A program made the translations under genes and the position numbers. Under the pieces are notes generated by a model. It did not search any database. It had not been told where the DNA came from and saw only the letters and a list, made by a program, of their open reading frames with translations. Shown piece after piece: positions 1-14,140 of a stretch of DNA of 64,000 nucleotides. The stretch is from Octopus vulgaris (lineage: Eukaryota). The stretch lies in the NCBI GenBank assembly GCA_951406725.2, contig OX597831.1:28830001-28894000 (forward strand), read 5' to 3'. Numbering within the stretch: position 1 is the first letter of the stretch; the number at the start of each line of letters is the position of its first letter.

Positions 1-356
1 AGGTCTACATACCAAGTATTTTGATAGTCCTTTTGTCGTGGGTGTCATTCTGGCTGGATGTTGATTCCATTCCAGCGCGCATTTCGTTGGGTGTTCTGAC
101 CGTTTTGACAATGACAACGCAAAGTTCCGGTGCTCGGGCCTCTTTACCAAGAGTCTCCTACGTGAAAGCTATCGATGTCTGGATGGCTGTCTGTTTAGTT
201 TTCGTATTCGCTGCCCTCTTGGAATTTGCTTACGTCAATGTTTTGTCGCGTCGCAGATCCTATAGTAGGTCGATCTCTCAGAAGATAACGAAGCGAATCA
301 TGGACAGACGAAGAACTGAACGTCAAACTGGCGGCGCATCTGCAAAAAATGATATG
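1..356 (+). CDS. Cys-loop ligand-gated chloride channel subunit (GlyR/molluscan GluCl-like), exon encoding M1-M2-M3 and start of M3-M4 loop; 5' end probably runs off the window
   Basis: Frame from nt 3 reads [18 protein letters not shown] (M1), [23 protein letters not shown] (M2 with PAR anion-selectivity motif), [32 protein letters not shown] (M2-M3 loop/M3). Ends at ATG|GTAAGT, donor GT at 357, phase 0. The ORF-track continuation to 533 is intron read-through. Confidence 0.96.
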
Positions 357-770
357 GTAAGTATCGCGGAGTTTCCCTCTGCTCTCATCAAAAACCACTT
401 CCCGCAGAATCCTTGTATTGATTTAGACAATTGCCATATTAATATTATTATTATTATTATTATTTTATCATTATCGTCATCATCATCATCATCATCTACC
501 CAATCGTTAATGCATCGGCTCTTTACGTTCTGAGTTTAAATTCCGCCGAGGTCCACTTTGCCTTTCATCCTTTCGGGGTCGATAAAATAAGTACCAGTTG
601 AACACTGGGGGCGAGAGTCGATATAATCGACTTACCACCTCTTGCACCAAAATTTGAAATCAGTATCATTATCGTCGTCATCATCATCATTATGTTTTTT
701 ATTTCTTGTATTTACAAACTAATACAATTCAACTTTTCAGAAATCAGAATTTAACTGTTTTGCCTTTCAG

Positions 771-803
771 CAAAGTTCTATCAAAGGTGGTCACGTGTTG
801 GGG
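771..803 (+). CDS. Candidate 33-nt in-frame cassette micro-exon (QSSIKGGHVLG) for the M3-M4 loop
   Basis: Branch-like tttaac plus tgttttgcctttcag acceptor at 770, open phase-0 frame, weak donor GGG|GTGATA at 804. A second in-frame acceptor (acttttcag) lies at 740. Confidence 0.35.
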
Positions 804-1694
804 GTGATATATATATGTATATATATATATATTAAATTGAATCTTGCGCGTATAGGTGTCGCCTGCGTCGCTGGTTGCTATGATAATTCAAATCATCAAC
901 CTCATCATCATCATCATCATCATCATCATTGCTGATATCATCATCGAATGGTTTTTAATAAAAGGTAAGTCTGGATAAAATCACCGATTGTTAAGACATT
1001 TAGCTGGCCACAGCTGATACAAAGACAATCCTCAGGAGGTGGGAGTAGTCATAATTAATTAAACTCAGGTAAGTTTACGTGGGACCACAGAACAACCTCA
1101 AGGGTTGTAAAAGACAACTCTCACCGAAATGATGTTAGAGAGACACAAAGAATAGAATTCGACTGCACCTGATCGAGCATCTCCGGATCAGAGGTAAGTC
1201 TTTATATCATCCATATTAGTATATTTAATTGTATGAAAAAGGTGGTACAAAAATACAAGGTATCACCAAATTGCTTACAACGAAAGTAAGTTTTATTGCT
1301 CCAGCATTGCCACAACCGATTGGTTGTAATCCTGAATACAAGGGATCGAAGAAGAATTTTGGAATTTTTACCAACGCACTGAAGAAAATCGATTAAATAT
1401 CAGACAAAGAATATCCAAAAATGGGATACAAATATATATACATATATATTATGTATACACATACATTATATATCTGCATATATAATATACACATACCTAT
1501 ATATTTGTATGTATATATGTACACATACAGTTTATTATGTATATGTATATATAATATATACATTTATATATAAATATAAATATGCATATATGTATATTAT
1601 ACATTTATATATGCATATATACATATACACGAATATCGATAAAATATATACATGTATATACATATATATATATATATGTATATGTATGCATATG

Positions 1695-1741
<47 letters not shown>

Positions 1742-1756
1742 ATTTATATATATATG

Positions 1757-1832
<76 letters not shown>

Positions 1833-1901
1833 TCTACAATATATATATATCTATATATATATGTATATATTTCTATGATATATGATATATCGATATATAT
1901 T

Positions 1902-1947
<46 letters not shown>

Positions 1948-2240
1948 TGCATACATTATTATTATTATTATTATTATCATTATGACTATTATTATTAATA
2001 TTTAGTAAGAGTAACAGAGTGTTTCGTGCAGAGAGTTTCGTGCATTACCAACGCACGAAAATCTCTGACCTTGGGTCAATCTGTTACTTTTGCCAAATAT
2101 TAATAAAACATACATATACTCATAATCTGAGATGCATTTTACCTGTTTGCTTCAACATACCTACACACACACACACACACACTCACACACACAAACACAC
2201 AGATGCAGATATATATATTTATACTTCTGTATGGAAATGA

Positions 2241-2313
<73 letters not shown>

Positions 2314-2388
2314 CCATATATAGAGATTATATACATGCTATATGAATGTAAATATACATAATACATATACATAAATACATATATATAT

Positions 2389-2468
<80 letters not shown>

Positions 2469-2613
2469 TAGTATTACTTTTATCGTGTCAGTCTCTTGTT
2501 CTCTTGTAACTACTCTAAATATCGCCTCAGGCAAGTCACGACTGTGCAGTCACAGACGAAACGCAGAATAATAAGAGGTTGCCTCGATTGATATAATACA
2601 ATATGAAATATTG

Positions 2614-2692
<79 letters not shown>

Positions 2693-2836
2693 ATCGTTAA
2701 AAGGAAAATTTACTGAGGTTAAAATAAATAAATTTGCCTTTCAACGATATACCTGCATTAAGTATGATACACAGATGGATATTTTAAATTAATACTTCCT
2801 CTACTGTATCTAAGTTTATATGTATATATATATGCA

Positions 2837-2892
<56 letters not shown>

Positions 2893-3010
2893 TGTGTACA
2901 AATATAATATAAGTAGTGTGTATATATATATGTACATATATGTATACAAATATATATATACTTATATATACATATATTTATATACACACATATACAGACA
3001 TATATATGTA

Positions 3011-3087
<77 letters not shown>

Positions 3088-3643
3088 GAAAACATTTGAT
3101 ACAACGTCAAAAAAGTTAATTACAGTTGAAACTTCTATTTCAATGAAGGAACATGATGCTTAAGAAGGACATTGAAATAATTTCTATTTACTGGAAGAAA
3201 CTCCATCACATTTATCCCATTTATCGATATAATTACTGTTTTTATAAAAACCCGGATTTTGTTGACGAAAATTATGTGCAAGTTTCATTTAGTTTCAGGC
3301 TACAGTGGCATCAGAGAGAGGTCATTTAAACGACACAGTGATTTTCCATAAAATTAATCTTAAAAATCGTTTGAAATTTATTCCTTTTTTAATGTTGCAT
3401 TGAGTTCCAAACAGTTACGCTGGTGTTTAAAACGAAACCAGATCCTCTTTAGGGAGATATCCATTACTCACATCAACCTAACCTAGACTTCAGTTTTAAT
3501 AAAGGTCTACGTTTGACCACATTGTGATTTCGAACTGCAGCAGGATGAATTCGAATGTAGAACACTGCTAACCAAGAATATGTGTGCGTATATGTGTGTA
3601 TATAGGTACGTATATACATACATACATACACACATACATATAC

Positions 3644-3712
<69 letters not shown>

Positions 3713-4809
3713 TATATGCATGGCCACAGCTCAAGAGCTGAAACTGGAAAACAAACATATATATGTGTGTATATATACATACACATACATACACATATAT
3801 ATAAATATATGCATGCATATATGTATATATATACGTTTTTTCTGTTACAAAACTACCACTGCCACCATTACTACTACTACTACTACTGCCATTACCACCA
3901 ACTACTACGGCTACTACTACTACTACTACTACTATAACTCGGTGACAGTAAGAGGGATTGTATACGTTTTGCCATGAATGCCACGCCATCACATTTAACA
4001 TTAATCCTTTTGATAGATAAACGCTGCATCTATAATAATCAATAATACAACACGCTGGTAAGCTTTTAGAACAGTAACGGCATAAACATCACAGCATCAC
4101 GCCCTTCTTGCTCTTGTTTTGTATAACACAACCTGTGTATCACACCCACAAACGCGCGCGCGCATCACTGTAATTACAATACTTGAGTATGAAATAAGAA
4201 GACAAAGACAGACAGGAGACGAGGAAGTCCCTGAAGTCAATATGAAAATATACATTAAAATCATAAAACCGCCATTGAATGACAGCAGATCATCAACTTC
4301 CTTTAGTGGAGTTCATCACATTTTTCTGTAATGGTTCTATGCTGATTCATAAACCCACACGTACACATACACACAGTGAGTCTCCCTCTCACTTTCTCTC
4401 TCTTTCTTTCTCTGTTTTCACAGTAGTGACGACAACGGCGATGACGATTGATAATACATCAGTAATAGTCGTTGTTGTTCGTTGTAGTTCGTTATTCTTT
4501 TTTTCATATTGAACTCATCGGGAATAAAGAGAGCGGAGAGGACGAACAAGGAAGAAGAAGAAGAAGAAAAGAAGCGTGAGCGATTATTAGAGAGGTGGAG
4601 AGGTGGAGAGGTGCTCTTATCGATTTTATTACAATTGAACACCAAACACTGACTAACGTGGAGAGAAAACATCCTCACAAAGAAAAACGCATTTACTTTC
4701 TTGCCTGTTGATATTACTACACAACTCGGCCTCTTCTCTCCCACGTCCTTCCCACCAATCTTCCGCCATATTTTTTTTCTTTTCGTTTCGTTCTTTATCT
4801 ATGTTCCTG

Positions 4810-4892
<83 letters not shown>

Positions 4893-5190
4893 GTCCATCC
4901 TTCTTACACTTCTGTCTTAATTCCATCCTTTTATTCTCGATCATTCAATATATGCACTCGATCAGGGAGTTCATTCAATAATAAACTCGTACAAGTATAA
5001 ACAAGCACATAGCACATTAGTATGCGTGTGTGTGTGTCTATGTGTGTGCGTATATACATATGTATGTATATATTTATACATGTATATATTTATACGTATT
5101 ATGTATATGTATATATACATATATATATACATACATACATATATGTGCGTGTGTGTATACGCTTATACATATGTATATATTTAAACATAT

Positions 5191-5232
<42 letters not shown>

Positions 5233-5774
5233 CACGTATGTATGTATGTATGTATATATATATGCTTATATATATATATATACATACATATGTGTGTGTA
5301 TGTGTGTATACCGCTTATACATATGTATGTATATATTTATATATGCATATATTTATATGTATGTATATATATAAATATATATATATTATACATACATATA
5401 TATGTGCCTGTGTGTGTGTGTAGACATATATGGCTAGATAATTTTTGTGCAACGACGCACTTGTAAACACATAACATACACACTCGTAAAGTTTATGTAC
5501 GTATACACACACGCGCGCGCATGTGTGTATCTGTGTGTTTGTATGTACGTACGCACGTTGGTATCGAACTTAACTCTTCATTTGGGCAACATCGGTGGTG
5601 TAGCGAAGCAGAAGACTTTCATGTGCAGTTGTTGGTTTTCCGTAGAATCTTCTCCAGGTCTGCTTCGTTGAATGAACCCTTTAATATCATCGTACCAAGA
5701 TCTACCAATACATACAGAACATTCCATGTTTAGATCCATTGTCCTACAAGGCATTCCGAATGTGTGTGTGTGAA

Positions 5775-5813
<39 letters not shown>

Positions 5814-5844
5814 GAGAGAGAGAGACAGACAGAGAGAGAGAGAG

Positions 5845-6013
<169 letters not shown>

Positions 6014-6032
6014 GGCAGGCAGGCAGGCAGGC

Positions 6033-6079
<47 letters not shown>

Positions 6080-6084
6080 TAGAT

Positions 6085-6141
<57 letters not shown>

Positions 6142-7734
6142 TGATAGATATGTTTGCTTTTATGCTGAGTTATAATAAAAACAATTTCACACTAATCTGA
6201 TTGGTTACTCCATGCTGTTGTAGAGTGCAAGTTTATCATTCTTACACTAGAATATTATTGACGGTGACTTTGATGTTTCGGCAAACGATGCGTTAGAGTT
6301 AGTCTTGCCGTTCTATAGTCTCTGTTGAGTTAAGATCATCTTGGGGTGTGTGGGTTTGAGTGAAACGGTAATTAGCTTTTTATCGCTGGTTGTTATGGAA
6401 AAGTGGTTTGGAAAAATGCTAATTGATTAAATTTGGGGTTATGTTATTGTTAACTTCCGTCAGAAAAACTTGTTTGCTTTACAGTTTGTTCGTTTTATGT
6501 GCCGTTCGTATACGCTCTCCCATTTTATGTACCGTTCGTATACTACTCGTATACGCGTGAGTAGTCTACATGTGGTTTGTTGATCAAATGTCTGCTCCCT
6601 AAGCAAAATGGCTGCCAGTCGTTGACACGCATGCGTAGTCTGCTCGTGGTTCGTTCATCGAATTTCAGCTTACTAAACAAATGAGCTCCCAGTCACTTAT
6701 ATTCGTTCGTAGTGTATTCGTGACTGACTTGTTGATAAAAAATTCAGTTCGTTATTCGAGTTCAATTTTCTTCCAAAGAAAAAAAATAATAACGTTCGTT
6801 ATTCAGTTTGTTCGTTCAGAGAACCGCTCGTATATGGGTACCCTCACTGTACTTTAATCCAACTGTCATGTCAACATGACAATAATGTTTTCCAATAGAT
6901 TACTGCATAAAAGGAAAACCCTTCTTCTTGACACCGTCTTTGTCCGAGACGAGTCTATTGTACGTAATTGTCTGCGATGTCTCGGATTACACATCAATAT
7001 AACTCAAATATTTCCTCCATCCACCCGTCTGCCAACGTCGATTGTTGTCAAAGTAAATGAAGACTTCCAATAAGATCTTTTTGAAGTTACACCCCTAACC
7101 CTGTAGAGGCAATTCTTTTCTTGTTTCTTTTTCTTTTTTTGTTGTCTCCTAATGGCTTCGGTAATCTTACTTGAATGAAGTTTTTTCAACAAAATGTACG
7201 GGAGATGTGACACCTTACTGTCCAAGCAAATTAAGCTGTTGTTGTAAGCATATTTACCTAACAAAAAAATTGCTGACGAGCAAAACGCGATCCTGTGTAA
7301 TAATGAGGTCTGCACAAAAAGCATTCGTTTCTGTAATTGTAATCCTAATTGCTGCACGCATCCATCCATCCATCCATCCATATATACATACATACATCCA
7401 TCCATCCATACATACATACATACATACATACATCCATCCATCCATCCATACATACATACATACATACATACATACATACATACATACATACATACATACA
7501 TACATACATACATACATACATACATACATACATACATACATACATACATTCATATGTGCAGTGCTGGTGGTAGTGGTGACGGTGGTGGTCCTGGCGTCGG
7601 CGATGATTTTACATAACGCGTCAGCCGATTGTGTTTATCCTTCAATGTTGACACAGAGGCATGTGTGATATGAACGCTATATCTTCAAATATGTATCGAA
7701 TATCAAAATAAAAATGATCTGTAATTATACATGC

Positions 7735-7765
<31 letters not shown>

Positions 7766-8013
7766 TGTATGTATGTATGTATGTATGTATGTATGTATGT
7801 ATGTATGTGTGTGTGTGTTTGTATGTGTGTAAGCGGGTGTCGGTGCATAGGTGCATGCGTGTATGTTTATTTAATCCACTGCTGAGTACAACCTACTTCG
7901 AGATTGATTGCATGATGTCTTTCAGTAAACAGAATGTGTAGTCCCGCTGTTTACGTTACATGACGAACATATTCAGAGACAGTCTGACAGACAGACACAT
8001 ACAGTTAGATGCG

Positions 8014-8101
<88 letters not shown>

Positions 8102-8607
8102 CAGATAGATAGATAAATAGATAGACATGCAGACAGTTAGACAGAGAGAGACAGAGGGAGAGGGAGAGACAGAGAGAGATAGATAGATTTACACAAACAC
8201 AAGTTAATCGATTTATATATCTATTTCGATTAGTTTAATATCTTCAGAACTAGTGATTGAAGGTTTCTTCGTGAATTGAAGGAATAATTTTACAATAGAA
8301 AACGATCAAAAAAGGCGGAGAATGAACAAAAGAGGAAACTAAAAGAAGGAAGACGCTAAGGCAGCGATCGAAGAAGCGAAGATAAAAATAGTTGCATAGA
8401 AGACGGCTTTGCTCTTCCTAAAATATGGATTTAGAACGGCCATAATTTTAAACTGACCTGCTCCCCAAAGATAAATTTATCTTCGCTCTTTCGACCTCTG
8501 TCTTCGTTTTGTTTTTAGCTTCTGCTGTTCTTTCTTTCGTTTTACTTTCTTTCATTTTTCTTTCCATCCATGGTTCTGAAGAGATCAGAAATAGACCACA
8601 ATTATTA

Positions 8608-9010
8608 GGAGTGGCTGTGTGGTAAGTTGCTTGCTTACCAACCATATGGTTCCGGGTTCAGTCCCACTGCATGGCACCTTGGGCAAGTATCTTCTGCTAT
8701 AGCCTCGGGCCGACCAAAGCCTTCTGAGTGGATTTGGGAGACGGAAACTGAAAGAAGCCTGTCGTATATATGTATATGTATATATATGTGTGTGTGTGTT
8801 TGTATGTCTGTGTTTGTCCCCCAGCCAATATCGCTTGAAAACCGATGCCGGTGTGTTTACGTCCCCGTAACTTAGCGGTTCGGCAATAAGAGCCGATAGA
8901 ATAAGTACTAGCCTTACAAAGAATAAGTCCTGGGGTCGATTTGTTCGACTAAAGGCGGTGCTCCAGCATGGCCGTAGTCAAATGACTGAGACAAGTAAAA
9001 GAGTAAAAGA
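8608..9010 (+). mobile_element. tRNA-derived SINE family C with internal (TA/TG)n
   Basis: GGAGTGGCTGTGTGGTAAG...GGTTCAGTCCC head, CTTGGGCAAG central motif, GACTGAGACAAGTAAAAGA tail. Minus copies ~31310-31810, 36735-37140, 38545-38670, 57270-57485, 63850-64000. Confidence 0.8.
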
Positions 9011-9445
9011 GAGTATCTAAACTAGGGTTTAAACCGGGGGTCACCAAAGGGGGTCCGAGGTACTCCCTAGGGGGTCGGCGTGCGAAAGACCAACTCACCC
9101 AGATGAACTGCTTAAAATACTTAAAATACATCGCCATGCTCATCCCTCACATTGATGATGTCAATTTCACTAAAAGATATTCCAGTAATATGATTCGTTT
9201 TTCACGGTTTCTTCCCGTGAAAACAACTTCATAATGATTGAAAGTTTATCACTGTATACTCGTACGTGTAGTTTTAAATGTAAAAAGTCTGTCATCTTTA
9301 ATAGAATTTCTTAATTTGTCATACATGTATATTTTAGCTAACGTTTTAATTGCCAGCATCAGTACTCGGTACCCGCATTTAAGATATGGTACGGTAGAGT
9401 AGGGTAGGGTATTAAGATAAGGCGGTATTAAAAGGCGGGTATTAA

Positions 9446-9680
9446 AAGGCGGCGAGCTGGCAGAAACGTTAGCGCGCCGGGCGAAATGCTCAGCGGTATT
9501 TCGTCTGCCGCTACGTTCTGAGTTCAAATTCCGCCGAGGTCGACTTTGCCTGTCATCGTTTCGGGGTCGATAAATTAAGTACCAGTTACGCACTGGGGTC
9601 GATGTAATCGACTTAATACCTATGTCTGTCCTTGTTTGTCCCCTCTATGTTTAGCCCCTTGTGGATAATAAAGAAATAGG
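9446..9680 (+). mobile_element. SINE family A (AAGGCGGCGAGCTGGCAGAA...GAGTTCAAATTCCGCCGAGGTCGAC), best copy; >15 copies in window
   Basis: tRNA-like A/B boxes; 12-bp TSD GGTATTAAGATA. Other + copies ~505-660, 33457-33845, 33950-34330, 37790-38225, 43441-43660, 44517-44735, 49618-50350, 53177-53395, 63412-63800; - copies 18050-18430, 30385-30590. Confidence 0.85.
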
Positions 9681-9911
9681 TATTAAGATATTTTAAACGA
9701 GTAGGGTGGTCGATGCGGAAGGAGAAGTGGCTAAAGCGGGGTCGATGCGGAAGAAGTGGCTAAAGGGGGGTCGATGGTAGAAAAAGTTTGGCGCTCCTTG
9801 TGTACAACTTCACCCTCCGAAATATTGGGTCCATACTTAGTGGATGTTGTTGTTACTAAAGAATGCGCTTATCATTATCTTCTCTGTGTGTGTGCGTATG
9901 TGTGTATCTGA

Positions 9912-9946
<35 letters not shown>

Positions 9947-10199
9947 TACGCGCGCGCGTTTGTGAATAAGCGTGAGCGCGTAGGGTAGTAGTAGTCTCAA
10001 TACGCTGATTGATGCTGAAGCCCCTGGGTGGGTTCGAGAGTGCAATCTCATTTGTCTTATACATTATAAGAACCCACAAATATACACACCTGCGCGCGCG
10101 CACGCACACATACGAACTTACCTGCTTATTTACTTACATGCATACATATATATATATGTACGTATGTATGTTATATATATATCTGTGTGTGTGTGTTTG

Positions 10200-10243
<44 letters not shown>

Positions 10244-11276
10244 CATACATATATACATGCATGCCTACACACATACATCAATACATACTAACATATGTGT
10301 GTACGTGTTTTACCTTGGACGGCCCATTTTCCCAATAAAGACAAACTCACTGGCTGTACTTACCTTCTTTTAATTATCACCCTTCAGTTAATTAATTACT
10401 TACTTGATTAATTATCTACTTATCAAATCAATGGTTTCATCAAACGAGCCAGCTTTTATGTCAGAGCCATTTCATTGCAAAATGCAACCTTATCGATGAC
10501 AATAAATTTCCACACTGTATTGTCATCGATCGATTGATGAAACGATTCATCAAATAGTTGATTAGGTGTTTAGTTAATTATTCAACTGGTTGACTGAAGA
10601 TCTTAAAACGAAGTGAAATACAACCGGCGCTTGTGTTTTTATTGGGGAAATGGCGCTTTGAAGGTGCTGGGGCGATAACACTTGATTCAGCACACCGGTT
10701 CACATCAAGATTCTTGAAAAGCAGATGCAAAATCAAAGAGACAATTTATGTGCGTCTAAGAATTTATATCTATGGGTGTGTGTGTGTGTGTGTGTATGTG
10801 TGTGTATACATATATACACGTATATATATACATATATACAGATATATATATACACACACATATATATACACATATATATATATACATATACATTCGTGTG
10901 TGTATGTGTTGTATATATGAATCTAAATATATATGTATATGTGTGCGCGTTGTGCTTATGTGTATATATATATACACACATATATACATATATAAAAACA
11001 TATATATATATATATATGTATGTATATGTATGTATACATATATACATATACATATACATTCGTGTGTGTATGTGTTATATATATATATGAATCTAAATAT
11101 ATATGTATATATTTGTGTGCGCGTGTGTGCATGTGCGTATATATATACACACATATATGTATGTATATATATGTATATATATATGCATATACATATACAT
11201 TCATGTGTGTATGTGTTATATATATATATATATATATATATGAATCCAAATATATATCTGCATATGTGTGCGTGCA

Positions 11277-11379
<103 letters not shown>

Positions 11380-12450
11380 CTGTATGCTTGTTTGTATTCT
11401 TCAGATGACGAAGATAATTATAAAAATATGTTATGGATTTCGACTTTCTTTTAAAATGCGTTATTTATATTCTAATCACCACAGGGGATACGTTGTACAT
11501 AAATATAGATTTCTAATCGATAGCATTTTTGAGATTTTTTTATTTTCTAGCCTATTAGCTGTTGCTATTTTAGAATAGTCGATATTCAGGTCCCAAAATT
11601 TCAATTATCGAAACTTTTCCGGTTTAATCAGAAAGTTTAGTAAACAAAAACAAACTAGAAGTGGCACCACATTAAATGGCAGGTGCAGCAAACAAGTCAA
11701 AACAAATTACTTCTTTGATTAGAAAGTCGGGCAAATTTCGGATAATTCTCGATTCTTGATGCGTATTTTCAAAGGTCATCGCTTTGTCTCCCGAGTTCAA
11801 ATCCTTGCCGAGGACAGCTTTGAAAGTTGTGGTGAAAAAGTACAGCAGGGCTCTCCACCTGGGTGAGAAATTTAGTCCGTTGCCCTGTATAACACTCCCC
11901 CTGAGTGTCTTTAACAGAGTCCACTGGTTCGAACCTGAATACAAAACTAAGAATCAAATCACCCACTTTCCCTCCATTCCTCCCACCTCAGTCTAGAGGG
12001 AGATCCTGCAAAATGTAGGGTTCGCTATTCCTACTACTCCAAGTAAACCATAAAAAAATTATTTAGAAATAAATTATCTCGGTGGGTGGGGGAGAATAAA
12101 GATTTAAAACTCTGGTAAATTACATCATTTAATAAAATACACAAATAAATAAATAAATAAATAAATAAATAAATATATAAAGCGATAAATAAATATTAAA
12201 GCAATTGCATAAAAAATACAATGAATAAATAAATAAATAAATAAATAAATAAAGATGAAGAAAGAAACAACAAATAAAAATTCTAATCTGAAGTATTAAA
12301 ATGGTTCGTCGTATGAATGCGGTGGCAGGCTTCGGATAAATACGCGTCAGTTCGTGATGTTGAAAAAAAAACTGACTATTTATTCATAGTTAGAGATCGT
12401 GAAAAAATGAACCACTTTCATCTAAAGCAAGAAACAAAATTTACATAAAA

Positions 12451-12549
<99 letters not shown>

Positions 12550-12560
12550 TAATGAAATAA

Positions 12561-12609
<49 letters not shown>

Positions 12610-12632
12610 TAATAAAAAAAAAAAAAAAAAAA

Positions 12633-12678
<46 letters not shown>

Positions 12679-13041
12679 TTAAAATAAATTTTTTAAATGA
12701 ATTTTCATCAAACGAGAAGTCTAAATAAAAATGGCGTTCCACTCACTTCCTTTCGTTTGAATGTTTTGGAAACGTTTTTTTGTTAAATGACGTTTGGGTA
12801 AAAGAGCAAGTTTGTATTAGGATATGTTATCGCTTTAAGAACACAAATTGATGAATTCAATCATTATTGATCTCCTTGAATCTTCAAGTGGAATAAAAAA
12901 AGAACATTTGCAGTAAATTTATTATTTTTGTACTTTTTTTTTTAATGTTTCAACATTCCTTGGGAAACATTAATATAAAGTGTTTACTCCTCTGGAGTTT
13001 GTTTAGGCATCTTTCTCTCTCCCTGAATCTCTCTTTCTCCT

Positions 13042-13072
<31 letters not shown>

Positions 13073-13679
13073 CATTTCGCTCTCTCTTCTTTCTCTCTTC
13101 TCGCCTTCCGTTTGTTTCCGTTTCCCTTTCTATATCTCTCCCTTTTTCTCTTATTCATTCTCTCGCTCCCTTTCTCTGCTTGTCCCCTCCAACACTCCTC
13201 TCCTTCTCTCCCTCCCTCCTTCTCTTTCTCTCTATCTATCGATCTATCTGTCTGTCTGTCTATCTATCTATTTATCTAACTATCTATAGAGTTCATTTTA
13301 ACATCATATTCTAAAAACACAAACACACTCACACCTACACATATACATACACGAATAATGCAGGGCCCTCTTAGCAACATAATAGGCCCCTAAACAAATC
13401 AATGTCCTGGCTCCTATAGTATTTATTTATTGAGTGCAAGTCGCAGCATACACAGTTTAGAAATGACCCCTTAGACCTGTGAGGTCCCGGGGCGAATCAA
13501 TGCACTGGGTCCTATAGAATTTATAAATTTATTAACAAGATGCCACATACACGGGTTATAATTGGGCTCCAAGACCATGAAACCGCTAGGTAATTACTCG
13601 GGGTACCCATGCTTTAAGACGGTACTGGAATAATGTCTTCAAAGTTCGTATGTGTGTGCGTGCATGAGTGCGTGTGTGT

Positions 13680-13773
<94 letters not shown>

Positions 13774-13967
13774 GTGTGTGTGCAGCATGCACGGAGATAT
13801 TACATGTTCAGCATATATTATTATTGCAGGGAAATGTCTTCTGCCATAGACTGGACCAAATTTTTGTCAGTAAAATTTGGCAGACGGAAATGGTGCGGAA
13901 GTCTGCTAAGTGACCCCTTCCTATCTTAAGCGTTAGTCGTAAATCGTCGCACGATTTAGCACCTGTA

Positions 13968-14140
13968 CCTCTGGTCCTTCGGTGCCTTTAGTGGAGTCGA
14001 TTCTGTTGCTACCCGGTTTAACAGCACTCCATGGTCCTAAACTATATTTAGCGGAGTCCACTCTGTTGTTACCCGGTTTAACAGGTTTAACACCAACCCC
14101 TGGTCCTTAAGTACGTTTAGTGGAATTCACGCAGTTGCAC
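13968..14140. repeat. Degenerate ~60-bp tandem repeat, ~3 copies
   Basis: Recurring TGGTCCT...TTTAGYGGARTC...TCTGTTG...ACCCGGTTTAACA. Confidence 0.7.

Noticed and set aside
1-356. Cephalopod chemotactile receptor or nAChR identity
   Set aside because: The PAR motif and GlyR-like M2/M3 indicate the anion-channel branch, not the cation nAChR-derived family.
357-533. C-terminal part of ORF 21..533
   Set aside because: Intron read-through past the GTAAGT donor into (ATT)/(TCA) repeats and a SINE.
1280-1370. Spliced-leader RNA gene (donor plus Sm-like site)
   Set aside because: Motifs are short and I cannot support an SL fold; kept only as part of the donor-cluster finding.
5600-5670. Possible pre-miRNA hairpin (CGAAGCAGA/TCTGCTTCG)
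   Set aside because: Only ~11 bp pair well; the interior is poorly paired.
8205-8253. Minus-strand CTGAAGA...GAAA hammerhead-like motif
   Set aside because: Stem II lacks a closing pair and stems I/III are weak and AT-only; could be chance.
11405-11578. Acceptor after (TG)n followed by an open frame
   Set aside because: Low-complexity peptide, no donor, ends in a stop.
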